From Pedosphaera sp. (GTDB lineage: Bacteria > Verrucomicrobiota > Verrucomicrobiia > Limisphaerales > SIBH01), in assembly GCA_031414955.1 (NCBI GenBank), contig JANOQV010000010.1, positions 1 to 17,619 of the forward strand: 17,619 nucleotides of DNA. Reading direction: 5' to 3'. A model generated the notes under the pieces. That model was not told the DNA's origin, ran no database searches, and worked only from the letters and a program-made list of their open reading frames with translations. Below, in pieces: positions 1-7,499 of the stretch; positions within the stretch are counted from its first letter, which is position 1, and the number at the start of each line of letters is the position of its first letter. A program made the position numbers and the translations under genes.

Positions 1-97
1 TCCATACCCGCTTGTGTTCGCAGGTTGCTGCGCCCGAGGACGGGCGCACTCCGGGGCGCGCAGCTTTCGCTGCACCAGTGTCTTTTCCGTCCGGCTT
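1..97 (-). mobile_element. Partial copy of TIR+REP miniature element, truncated by the window start
   Basis: The reverse complement of 25-97 aligns ungapped with 1122-1193 and 17522-17593. The terminal 18-mer (revcomp 80-97, AAGCCGGACGGAAAAGAC) matches GAGCCTGTCTGAAAAGTC at 13/18. It is flanked by TAA (98-100). The REP hairpin lies 44 nt from the end, as in the other copies. Confidence 0.65.
25..53. repeat. REP-like palindrome (GCGCCCG-AGGA-CGGGCGC-ACTCCG)
   Basis: Identical to 1247-1275 and the near reverse complement of 1166-1193 and 17566-17593. 7-bp stem with a 4-nt loop, next to a GGAG tetranucleotide on the opposite strand. Confidence 0.85.
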
Positions 98-148
98 TAA
101 GAGATCAGCGTGACACCGGTGATCCGGACTCGGCGACCAACCACCATG

Positions 149-169
149 CAAAGCTCAAAGTCCAAAGCT
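149..169. repeat. Short heptamer tandem repeat (CAAAGCT CAAAGTC CAAAGCT)
   Basis: Three adjacent 7-nt units in intergenic DNA. Confidence 0.55.
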
Positions 170-191
170 CTGCCCGGCCCAAGGCTCGTGC

Positions 192-977
192 TTACTTTTT
201 CTTGAAGAAATCACCCACGCCTTTTTTCAAGACATCCGTGGCCCCCGCGCCTGCTCCGTCGAGTCCCTTGACGCTCTTGGTCGCGCCCTCAGCCACGGCC
301 TTGGTGGTCGCTTCGAGCAGGGCGCTCATAACCTTCTTGCTGAGGTCGGCCACGGTGATGCCGTCCGGCCCCTGGCCGAGCTTGGTCAGTTTGATTTCCG
401 GGATGGGGACAGTGTAGGCACCGAGGATGGGCGCGCTGGCGTGGACCTTGGCCCCGCTGATGATGAACTCGTCCACCTGCAATTTCTTTTGCGCACCCTT
501 GGACTCAGAGGTTGGCTTGGTCTCCGCGGGTGGTTTCTCTCCCGACGGTTTCTCCACGGGCGGCTTTTCACCGGCGGGCTTATCGCCGCCCAGGTTGTCG
601 AGAATCTTGCCGAGGTTGCTGCTCTTCAAATCCGTCTCGTAGGTGATTTCCGGCCCGAGCATCTTGATGGAGCGAATCACCACCTTGTCGCCCAACAAAG
701 ACATGGGCGAGATGGAGAGGGACATGGTGCCGACCTTGATGGCCTCGGGGGCCTTGAAACCCTCGGGATTGCCCAGGCTGAAACCCTTCAACTCACCGCT
801 GCCGGTGAGGACCGAGATGTTGGCACTATCGAGTTTGACCGGCACTTTGGTCACGACCGGGCCAACCTTCTCGACGCCGGTCTTGATGATGGTGCCGATG
901 AAAAAAATGCCTGCCACCAGCGCCACCACGACGAGCAGCACGACCACGATGAGCATCCGAACAATTAGCTTCTTCAT
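192..977 (-). CDS. AsmA-like/DUF748-like N-terminally anchored envelope protein
   Basis: 261 aa. MKK followed by a long hydrophobic anchor; beta-rich region with 'GELKGFSLGNPEGF' and 'VVIRSIKMLGPEITYE'; Pro/Glu/Lys linker. Family assigned by resemblance. Confidence 0.7.
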   Translation of the reverse strand: MKKLIVRMLIVVVLLVVVALVAGIFFIGTIIKTGVEKVGPVVTKVPVKLDSANISVLTGSGELKGFSLGNPEGFKAPEAIKVGTMSLSISPMSLLGDKVVIRSIKMLGPEITYETDLKSSNLGKILDNLGGDKPAGEKPPVEKPSGEKPPAETKPTSESKGAQKKLQVDEFIISGAKVHASAPILGAYTVPIPEIKLTKLGQGPDGITVADLSKKVMSALLEATTKAVAEGATKSVKGLDGAGAGATDVLKKGVGDFFKKK

Positions 978-986
978 ATGGCCGGC

Positions 987-1015
987 AGGCTACCGAAGCC
1001 CAGGCCCCTACGAAA
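987..1015 (-). promoter_or_regulatory. Putative sigma70 promoter of the AsmA-like gene
   Basis: Minus strand TAGCCT (987-992) lies 9 nt before the ATG. The -35 (TTTCGT, 17-nt spacer) is weak. Confidence 0.45.
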
Positions 1016-1121
1016 GAACGTACTTGGCCGAAATGAATCCAGGGTGTGACCGGGGCCTCGGCCATTGGCCATGATGCTTCAACCCCGGGCGCTGATTTCC
1101 AACCCGCAGCGGCCTGGCTCA

Positions 1122-1298
1122 GAGCCGGTCTGATAAGTCGCCTGGGCGGCGCAGACCGTCCGTCCCGGAGTGCGCCCATCCTCGGGCGCAACAGTGTGCT
1201 GACACCGGGCGCGTTGGAAAAACCCACGTCCCCAGGCTTTCGCACTTTGCTGCGCCCGAGGACGGGCGCACTCCGCCAGCGAATTCTCAGACCGGCCT
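1122..1298. mobile_element. Complete 177-bp MITE-like element with TIRs, TCA target duplication and an internal inverted REP pair
   Basis: Left end GAGCCGGTCTGATAAGTC (1122-1139) vs revcomp of right end AGGCCGGTCTGAGAATTC (1281-1298) match at 14/18. TCA direct repeat at 1119-1121 and 1299-1301. REP hairpins in opposite orientation at 1166-1193 and 1248-1275. Confidence 0.75.
1166..1275. repeat. REP doublet (REPIN/BIME-like inverted pair)
   Basis: CGGAGTGCGCCCATCCTCGGGCGCAACA ... TGCTGCGCCCGAGGACGGGCGCACTCCG: 26/28 complementary, 54-nt spacer. Confidence 0.85.
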
Positions 1299-1382
1299 TC
1301 ATGGGGAGGCCCCGGGGAACAGACAAGCTTGAGCGCAGCCTGGATGCCCCGGCATGGCACACTCCGTGGCTCGAAAAAGTCG

Positions 1383-1411
1383 TTGTCCCCTCCGCGCCTT
1401 CCCGGCAATGT
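1383..1411 (+). promoter_or_regulatory. Putative sigma70 promoter of hom
   Basis: TTGTCC(1383-1388)-17 nt-CAATGT(1406-1411), 10 nt before ATG 1422. Confidence 0.45.
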
Positions 1412-1421
1412 CTGCCGCTTT

Positions 1422-2750
1422 ATGCGGCAAGTCAGGCTGGGAATTATTGGTGGTGGAACCGTGGGCGGAGGAGTCGTGCAGGCGCTCCGGCGCAACGGTG
1501 CCCTGATGGCTTCGCGGCTCGGCGTCGAGTTGCGGGTCGCGCGGATTGTGGTGCGCGATTTGCGCAAGGCACGCGCGGTAAAGATTCCCCGCCAACTGCT
1601 CACCACGGACTGGCAGAGCGTCGTCGCCGATCCGGAAATTGATCTCGTCGCTGAACTCATCGGTGGCACCACCACGGCGCGCGCCGTCGTGCTCGCGGCT
1701 TTGAAACATGGCAAGCCCGTCGTGACCGCGAACAAGGCGCTGCTCTCGGCGCATGGCGAGGAGTTGTTTGCCGCCGCCCAGAAGCACGGGACCAATCTTT
1801 ATTATGAGGCCAGCGTGGCGGGCGGCATTCCCATCATCAAGGTTGTGCGCGAGGCGCTCATTGGGAACCGAGTGACCCGGCTGTACGGCATCGTCAACGG
1901 CACCTGCAATTACATCCTCACGCGCATGAAGCTGGAAGGCGCGGACTTCGCCGACGTGCTGGCCGACGCCCAGCGCCTGGGTTACGCCGAGACCCCGCCC
2001 GACCTCGACGTGGACGGCCATGACGCCGCGCACAAGACCGGCATCCTGGCTTCACTGGCGCACGGTTTCTGGGTCAATCCGAAACAGATTTACACCGAGG
2101 GCATCCGGCACATCACGAAGCTGGACATCGCGTTTGCGGAGAAGCTGGGCTACACGATCAAGCTGCTTGGCATCGTGAAGAAGTCCGAGGTCCGAGGTCA
2201 GCGTTCGGAAGCAAAGTGCGCGCCGGTTCAAGTCTCGGTCTATCCCACCCTCGTGCCCAACTCTCATGTGCTGGCCAGCGTAAACCATGTGTTCAACGCC
2301 ATCCTGGTGCGCGGCGACATCGTGGGCGACACGCTTTACTACGGGCGCGGCGCGGGGCAGGACGCCACGGCCAGCGCCGTCTTGAGCGATCTCGCCGACG
2401 CCGCGCTCGATTTGAAGCTCGGCACCAAAAGCCGCATCCCGCCGTTTGTGCCGCACGAACGAGCCGGAGCCGTGCTGCCCATCGCGGAGGTTGTCTCGCG
2501 TTACTACGTCCGGCTCGAGGTGACGGACAAACCTGGGACGATGGCCAAAGTTGCGACCATCCTCGGGCAGGCCAAGATCGGCATCTCGTCGGTTATTCAG
2601 CCCGAGGGACATGTTGGCGATATAGTGCCGTTGATTTTGATGATCCATGACGCAACGAATGCGGCGATGACCCGGGCGCTGGCGAAGATCGCCCGGCTGC
2701 CGGTGGTGCGCGGCACGCCGGTGATGATTCGAGTGGAGAATTTTGAATGA
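1422..2750 (+). CDS. hom: Homoserine dehydrogenase with C-terminal ACT domain
   Basis: Rossmann motif GIIGGGTVGGG, plus VVTANKA, YEASVAGGIP, GIVNGTCNYIL, DVDGHDAAHK and YGRGAG. ACT domain 'YYVRLEVTDKPGTMAKVA'. Start set at ATG 1422 (MRQVRLG) rather than TTG 1329. Confidence 0.97.
   Translation: MRQVRLGIIGGGTVGGGVVQALRRNGALMASRLGVELRVARIVVRDLRKARAVKIPRQLLTTDWQSVVADPEIDLVAELIGGTTTARAVVLAALKHGKPVVTANKALLSAHGEELFAAAQKHGTNLYYEASVAGGIPIIKVVREALIGNRVTRLYGIVNGTCNYILTRMKLEGADFADVLADAQRLGYAETPPDLDVDGHDAAHKTGILASLAHGFWVNPKQIYTEGIRHITKLDIAFAEKLGYTIKLLGIVKKSEVRGQRSEAKCAPVQVSVYPTLVPNSHVLASVNHVFNAILVRGDIVGDTLYYGRGAGQDATASAVLSDLADAALDLKLGTKSRIPPFVPHERAGAVLPIAEVVSRYYVRLEVTDKPGTMAKVATILGQAKIGISSVIQPEGHVGDIVPLILMIHDATNAAMTRALAKIARLPVVRGTPVMIRVENFE
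2181..2208 (+). repeat. Heptamer repeat inside hom encoding KSEVRGQRS
   Basis: Units AAGTCCG AGGTCCG AGGTCAG CGTTCGG, in the loop after 'IKLLGIVK'. Confidence 0.6.
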
Positions 2751-2787
2751 ACAGCGTCGCGCTTTCAGCAGCCCATAATTTTGCCCT

Positions 2788-3858
2788 ATGAGTTCTAATT
2801 CAAGCTGGCCCGGCGTCATCCGCCGCTATGCCGAGTATTTGCCCGTGACGGCGGAGACCCCCGTGATCACGCTCCACGAAGGCAACACGCCGCTCATCCC
2901 GGTGCCGAATTTTGTCGAAGCCATTGGCGGCAGTTTCTCCCTCTTCCTCAAATACGAGGGGTTGAACCCGACCTGCTCGTTCAAGGACCGGGGCATGACG
3001 CTCGCCATCTCCAAGGCCAAGGAGCGCGGGGCAGAGATTGTAATTTGCGCCAGCACCGGCAACACCTCGGCCGCCGCCGCCGCCTACGCCGCGCGCGCGA
3101 AGCTCAAGTGCGTGGTGCTGCTGCCGCACGGCAAGATCGCCCTCGGCAAACTGGCCCAGGCGCTCATGTACGGCGCCACCACCATCTCCATCGAGGGCAA
3201 CTTCGACGAAGCGCTGCGCATTGTGCGCGAACTGGGCGAGACGGGAAAAGTCGAAGTCGTGAACAGCATCAATCCGTTTCGCATCGAGGGACAGAAGACG
3301 GCGGCCTTCGAGATTTGCGACGTGCTGGGCGATGCGCCGGACTTTCATTTTCTGCCCGTGGGCAATGCGGGCAACATCACGGCCTACTGGAAGGGCTACA
3401 AAGAATATCAAGCCGCCGAAAAGTCGGACACCCTGCCGCGCCTGTTCGGTTATCAGGCGGCCGGGGCCGCGCCCATCGTGGACGGCCATCCCATCGCCGA
3501 TCCTCAGACCGTGGCCACGGCCATCCGCATCGGCAATCCAGCGAGTTGGCAAGGCGCGACCGACGCGATAAAAGAATCCAACGGCCGGATCGACAAAGTG
3601 ACCGACGAGGAGATTCTCCATGCCTACAAACTTATCGCGCGCACCGAGGGTATTTTCGTGGAACCCGCCTGCGCCGCCCCGCTCGCCGGCTTGATCAAGT
3701 GCGTGCAAGCCGGAATCATTCCTGAAGGCAGCCTCATCACCGCGACCATGACCGGCCACGGCTTGAAGGATCCCGACACCGCGATCACGACCGCAGGCTT
3801 CGCGGCCACGGTCGTGCCGCCGACCAAGGAAGCGGTCATGAAGGTCATAGGGCTGTAA
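2788..3858 (+). CDS. thrC: Threonine synthase (PLP, fold type II, short form)
   Basis: EGNTPL, KYEGLNPTCSFKDRG (PLP lysine), CASTGNTS, PVGNAGN, TVATAIRIGNPAS, TGHGLKDPD; directly downstream of hom. Confidence 0.97.
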   Translation: MSSNSSWPGVIRRYAEYLPVTAETPVITLHEGNTPLIPVPNFVEAIGGSFSLFLKYEGLNPTCSFKDRGMTLAISKAKERGAEIVICASTGNTSAAAAAYAARAKLKCVVLLPHGKIALGKLAQALMYGATTISIEGNFDEALRIVRELGETGKVEVVNSINPFRIEGQKTAAFEICDVLGDAPDFHFLPVGNAGNITAYWKGYKEYQAAEKSDTLPRLFGYQAAGAAPIVDGHPIADPQTVATAIRIGNPASWQGATDAIKESNGRIDKVTDEEILHAYKLIARTEGIFVEPACAAPLAGLIKCVQAGIIPEGSLITATMTGHGLKDPDTAITTAGFAATVVPPTKEAVMKVIGL

Positions 3859-3869
3859 GCCCCCCAGAC

Positions 3870-5738
3870 TCACTTCTTCAACAACGGCGCGGCGGGCGCG
3901 AAGAACTGGAACGTGATCGCGTCCGGTGCCACCGCGCTGGCGCCCACGTTGAAGTGGAAATACTTCGCCACGCGGCTGTACTCCGGCAGCAGCGAGAAAT
4001 CCATCCAACCGGTCAGTCCCCGGCCGCTGCCCGAGGCCGCGCCCAGCCACTGTCCACCGCCGAGCAACGCCGCCGCCGCCTGGGGATCCTTCCTCGCCGC
4101 CTCGAACGCCGCCCGGGCCGTCTCATGGTAGTTCTCGAAGGAGAAGTAGCCGTTACCCGTTCCCCCGGCCTGGGCCGCCGCCGCCTTGAAGCCGGGCAAA
4201 TCGCGCAGTGAATTCGTGGCGGCTTCGCCACCCAGATACTCCTCCAGCAGCACCGGGTCAGACGAGAAAGCCACGTAGCTGCCGTGGGCCGCGTAGTGCA
4301 GCGGCCGGGGGTTGGCGTCGCCGCCGGTAGGGATGGTCACGGAGAAAATCTTTCGGCCCAGGAAATCCCGCTCCTGGTACTTCACCATCTGCGGCGGAAA
4401 GATGCCGCTCACGGCCCTCAACGAACTGGCCACTTGCTCGGCATTGCGCGCGCCCAGCAAGGTCAGTGCCGGGGGCGAGGCGGTATCCGTCGCCGACTGC
4501 GAGCGCGGCGCCTTCTGATAAGTAATGACGTCGTCGCCCAGGTTGGCCAGAAGCTGCTTGCGGAAATCAAAGTTGGGATCCTTGTCCTTGCCCGCCGTGT
4601 CGAGCATGAGCTTGGAAACGCCCGCGTAGGCCGGGGAGATTTCCGTCAGCATGTTCTCCAGCGTGGTCCAACCCTGCTGCAGATCGATGCGCCAGCGGCT
4701 GAACTTCACGGCGTCACCCGGCACGAACGGCGGCGGCGATGAGTCTTTCGCCTCCACCGCCAGGAGGTTGAACAAACCCTTGCGTGAACTTTCCGGCACC
4801 TGGATCGACACCTTGGACAGCGCGCCGTCGGCTGATGACGTCAGGTTGAAGGCAAGGCTCTGCACGCCGCTCAAGCCGATGGCACCTAGAATTTTGTCCA
4901 TCGAGGGAAAGGCTCCAAGCGCGGCGTCATTACCCTTCTTCGCAACCGTCGTCTTGGCCAGCGTGCCCATGATGGACTTCACGTTCACCCAGAAAAAAAA
5001 CTGCGCGTTGCGCAACATGGGCGCATTGGCCGCGAAGCCCCCCTGCTCGGCCAGCGCCACCGCCCCGGTCGCGCCCGACTGGAGCGAGATCACATTCTCA
5101 ACCTCCTTGGCCACGTCGCTCACGATCAGCAGCGAACCGGACTGGCCGATGACCCACTCCACGGGCTTGGCGGCAGGCCCGTCGCCGTCTGGTGCCGGCG
5201 GGGTCTTGGGGCCGGGCACCGCATCCCGCAGAGACTGCGTGACCTTGGAATCGACGGTGACAGTCGTGAACTCCAGCTCGCGGATTTTCCCGGCCCGCAT
5301 TTTCTTCCCCTCCTCGGCCCACTTCTTCCGCAAGGCCGCAAGATTGGTCGTGAGCTGCGAGCTTTTCTCCTGCGCGTCCACGATCCAGATGAAGCCCGGC
5401 GGCTGGTCCGACCGCGCATCCCAGCCATTCTGCACTATCGCCAGCGTGAACTGCCCCTGCGCCAGGCCGGCATAATCCGCGAGCTTCAGTCCGAGTTCCT
5501 TCTCCAGGGGTTGAAGCCCATCGGTGTTGAACTTCTCCAGGAACTGGTCCTTGAAAGCCTTCATGGCCGGGTCGCTCCAGAGCTGCCCCACTGCGGACGC
5601 GGCGTAATTCGACTGCGCCTGCGCGGCATTCGGCACGGTGAAAAAGGCCAGCGTGCTCGCGGGCAGCAACTTCTCGGCCGGTGGCACCGCAGCGAAGGCC
5701 ACCGAGCCGGTGATCAGCAACAAAAGGTATTTCATCAT
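3870..5738 (-). CDS. Exported hypothetical protein, DUF3352-like
   Basis: Signal peptide MMKYLLLLITGSVAFA followed by 'PPAEKLLPASTLAFFTV'. Architecture resembles DUF3352-type proteins of PVC bacteria. Start set at ATG 5738 (or 5735) rather than 5912. Confidence 0.7.
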   Translation of the reverse strand: MMKYLLLLITGSVAFAAVPPAEKLLPASTLAFFTVPNAAQAQSNYAASAVGQLWSDPAMKAFKDQFLEKFNTDGLQPLEKELGLKLADYAGLAQGQFTLAIVQNGWDARSDQPPGFIWIVDAQEKSSQLTTNLAALRKKWAEEGKKMRAGKIRELEFTTVTVDSKVTQSLRDAVPGPKTPPAPDGDGPAAKPVEWVIGQSGSLLIVSDVAKEVENVISLQSGATGAVALAEQGGFAANAPMLRNAQFFFWVNVKSIMGTLAKTTVAKKGNDAALGAFPSMDKILGAIGLSGVQSLAFNLTSSADGALSKVSIQVPESSRKGLFNLLAVEAKDSSPPPFVPGDAVKFSRWRIDLQQGWTTLENMLTEISPAYAGVSKLMLDTAGKDKDPNFDFRKQLLANLGDDVITYQKAPRSQSATDTASPPALTLLGARNAEQVASSLRAVSGIFPPQMVKYQERDFLGRKIFSVTIPTGGDANPRPLHYAAHGSYVAFSSDPVLLEEYLGGEAATNSLRDLPGFKAAAAQAGGTGNGYFSFENYHETARAAFEAARKDPQAAAALLGGGQWLGAASGSGRGLTGWMDFSLLPEYSRVAKYFHFNVGASAVAPDAITFQFFAPAAPLLKK

Positions 5739-5928
5739 ATTGGAATTGGCCGGCGGCCGCAGCCATCCGGAACGCCGCGAGAGTGTGACGGTGCGAACCC
5801 GCGCGGCAATCATTTCCGTTACGAGGAAGCCGGAGGACGGTGGGTTCCAGTCTGGCCAACATGACCAAGCTCCGCTGCTTGGGGGCAGAAACCCGACCGC
5901 GCAGGAGCGCACCCACCACGGCGGTCGC

Positions 5929-7311
5929 TCACGCCGCGACCGGCAGGAACTCGCGCGGGTCGGTCACGAAGCCCGTGATCGCGCTCGCCGCCACCGTCAT
6001 CGGGCTGGCTAGGAAGACCTGCGATTCCTTGTCGCCCATGCGGCCGGGAAAATTGCGGTTCGTGGCGCTGATGCACTTGATGCCAGGTGTGTTGATGCGA
6101 CCGAATGTATCCACCGGCCCGCCGAGGCATGCGGCGCAACCGGCGTTCTCCGTCATGCGCACGCCGGCATCGAGCAGGATTTGCCAGATGGTTTTGTCGC
6201 CCCAACGCGTGGTCTGCAACTCGTTCACGATGTCCGGCGTCGCGGGCACGCCGAAGGTGTCGATGCTCACATGCTTGCCTTGCAGCACGCGCGCGAACTC
6301 CACGAAGTCGCTGGTCTTGCCACCGGTGCAGGAGCCGATGTAAGCGCGATCCAGCTTCATGCTCGACATGTCTTTCGCCTTCTTGCGCTGGCCGGGGTCG
6401 GGATGGCACGCCACCGTCGGTTCGAGCTTCGACAAATCCACGACGAGTTCGTACACGAACTTCTCCTCGCGGTCGCGCTCGACCGGATTGTAGCTCGCCT
6501 TGGTGTTGTTCAGCTTCGTGCGCGCGTCCACGTATTCCTTGGTGCGCGCGTCGAATTCAAAGATCGCGTTCTTGCCGCCCGCCTCGATGGCCATGTTCGC
6601 GATGGTCATGCGGTCATCCATCGACAGGCTGGCCACGCCCGGCCCGTCGAACTGCATCGCGCGATACGTCGCGCCGTCGAAACCGATCTCGCCGATAACG
6701 TGCAGGATGACGTCCTTCGCCATCACGCCGGGCTGAAGCGCGCCTTCGAGGCGGAAGTGCATGGACTCCGGCACCTTGATGAGCAGCTTGCCCGTGCCCA
6801 TCACGAAGCCCGCGTCCGTGTTGCCGATGCCGGTGGCGAACTCATTGAACGCGCCCGCCATGCAGGTGTGTGAATCGGTCCCGAACAGAATCTCGCCCGG
6901 CCGCGTGTGCCCCTTGGCCGGCAGCGCGGTGTGGCAAACGCCCGCGTAACGCGAACCGTATTGGCGATGGAGCGGCCCCTTCGCGACATCGAAATGCCAT
7001 TGGCCGTTCGGGTCATCGATCACATCGTAGAAATAGGGCAACCCCTGCTCGCGCGAGAAATCGCGCAGGATGTCCACGTTGCGATTCGACTTCGAGTCGG
7101 CAGTGAAAATGTAATGGTCGGGGATGATGACCACGCGTTTCGAGTCCCACACCTTGGCCGTCTGGCCGAACTCGCGCTTGAACACGCCGATGGTGCCCGG
7201 CCCGCACACATCGTGTGTCATGAGCACATCCGCGTTCACCCAAATGTTGTCCCCGGCCTGCACCGAAGCTTTGCCAGCCGCGCGCGCGAGGATTTTTTCC
7301 GTCAACGTCAT
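5929..7311 (-). CDS. leuC: 3-isopropylmalate dehydratase large subunit (aconitase family, plant/HacA-like type)
   Basis: MTLTEKIL, DH motif, GVCH, GTDSHTC, 4Fe-4S ligands IGSCTGG and CAACLGG, NRNFPGRMG, LASP. Substrate (isopropylmalate vs homoaconitate etc.) is not certain. Confidence 0.9.
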   Translation of the reverse strand: MTLTEKILARAAGKASVQAGDNIWVNADVLMTHDVCGPGTIGVFKREFGQTAKVWDSKRVVIIPDHYIFTADSKSNRNVDILRDFSREQGLPYFYDVIDDPNGQWHFDVAKGPLHRQYGSRYAGVCHTALPAKGHTRPGEILFGTDSHTCMAGAFNEFATGIGNTDAGFVMGTGKLLIKVPESMHFRLEGALQPGVMAKDVILHVIGEIGFDGATYRAMQFDGPGVASLSMDDRMTIANMAIEAGGKNAIFEFDARTKEYVDARTKLNNTKASYNPVERDREEKFVYELVVDLSKLEPTVACHPDPGQRKKAKDMSSMKLDRAYIGSCTGGKTSDFVEFARVLQGKHVSIDTFGVPATPDIVNELQTTRWGDKTIWQILLDAGVRMTENAGCAACLGGPVDTFGRINTPGIKCISATNRNFPGRMGDKESQVFLASPMTVAASAITGFVTDPREFLPVAA

Positions 7312-7320
7312 AAGGCGGCG

Positions 7321-7349
7321 AAACTAAACGACGCCGCGTACGAGGGCAA
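7321..7349 (-). promoter_or_regulatory. Putative sigma70 promoter of leuC
   Basis: Minus strand TTGCCC(7349-7344)-17 nt-TAGTTT(7326-7321)-9 nt-ATG. Confidence 0.6.
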
Positions 7350-7419
7350 TACGGGAAACAGGCCGTTGACCACGGGCGTGCGTCCGAACCCAGTTCTTTT
7401 CACTTCGGAACGGAGGTTT

Positions 7420-7476
7420 GGAGCGCGCGCCCTCAGGATCTGCGCCGCACCCGGCCGGCGAGGGCGCGCGTGCTCC
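7420..7476. repeat. Second REP-like stem-loop family (GGAGCGCGCGCCCTC ... GAGGGCGCGCGTGCTCC)
   Basis: 15-bp stem with a 2-nt bulge starting with GGAG; intergenic, just downstream of the FG-GAP gene. Confidence 0.6.
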
Positions 7477-7499
7477 CCGTCTCAACTGGATTGTTCAGG

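Noticed and set aside
25..1275. 29-nt repeats as a CRISPR array
   Set aside because: Copies are dispersed and inverted, with no regular spacers and no cas genes.
1302..1421. Thr attenuator or riboswitch upstream of hom
   Set aside because: No Thr/Ile-rich leader peptide, T-box or terminator seen; the promoter appears adjacent to the ATG.
1046..1642. ORFs 25..417, 826..1362 and 1046..1642 sharing the peptide LLRPRTGALR
   Set aside because: The shared peptide is simply the translated REP sequence, and the ORFs overlap real genes.
5838..5901. Weak inverted repeat downstream of leuC
   Set aside because: Pairing is imperfect, there is no U-tract and no second copy in the window; not supportable.
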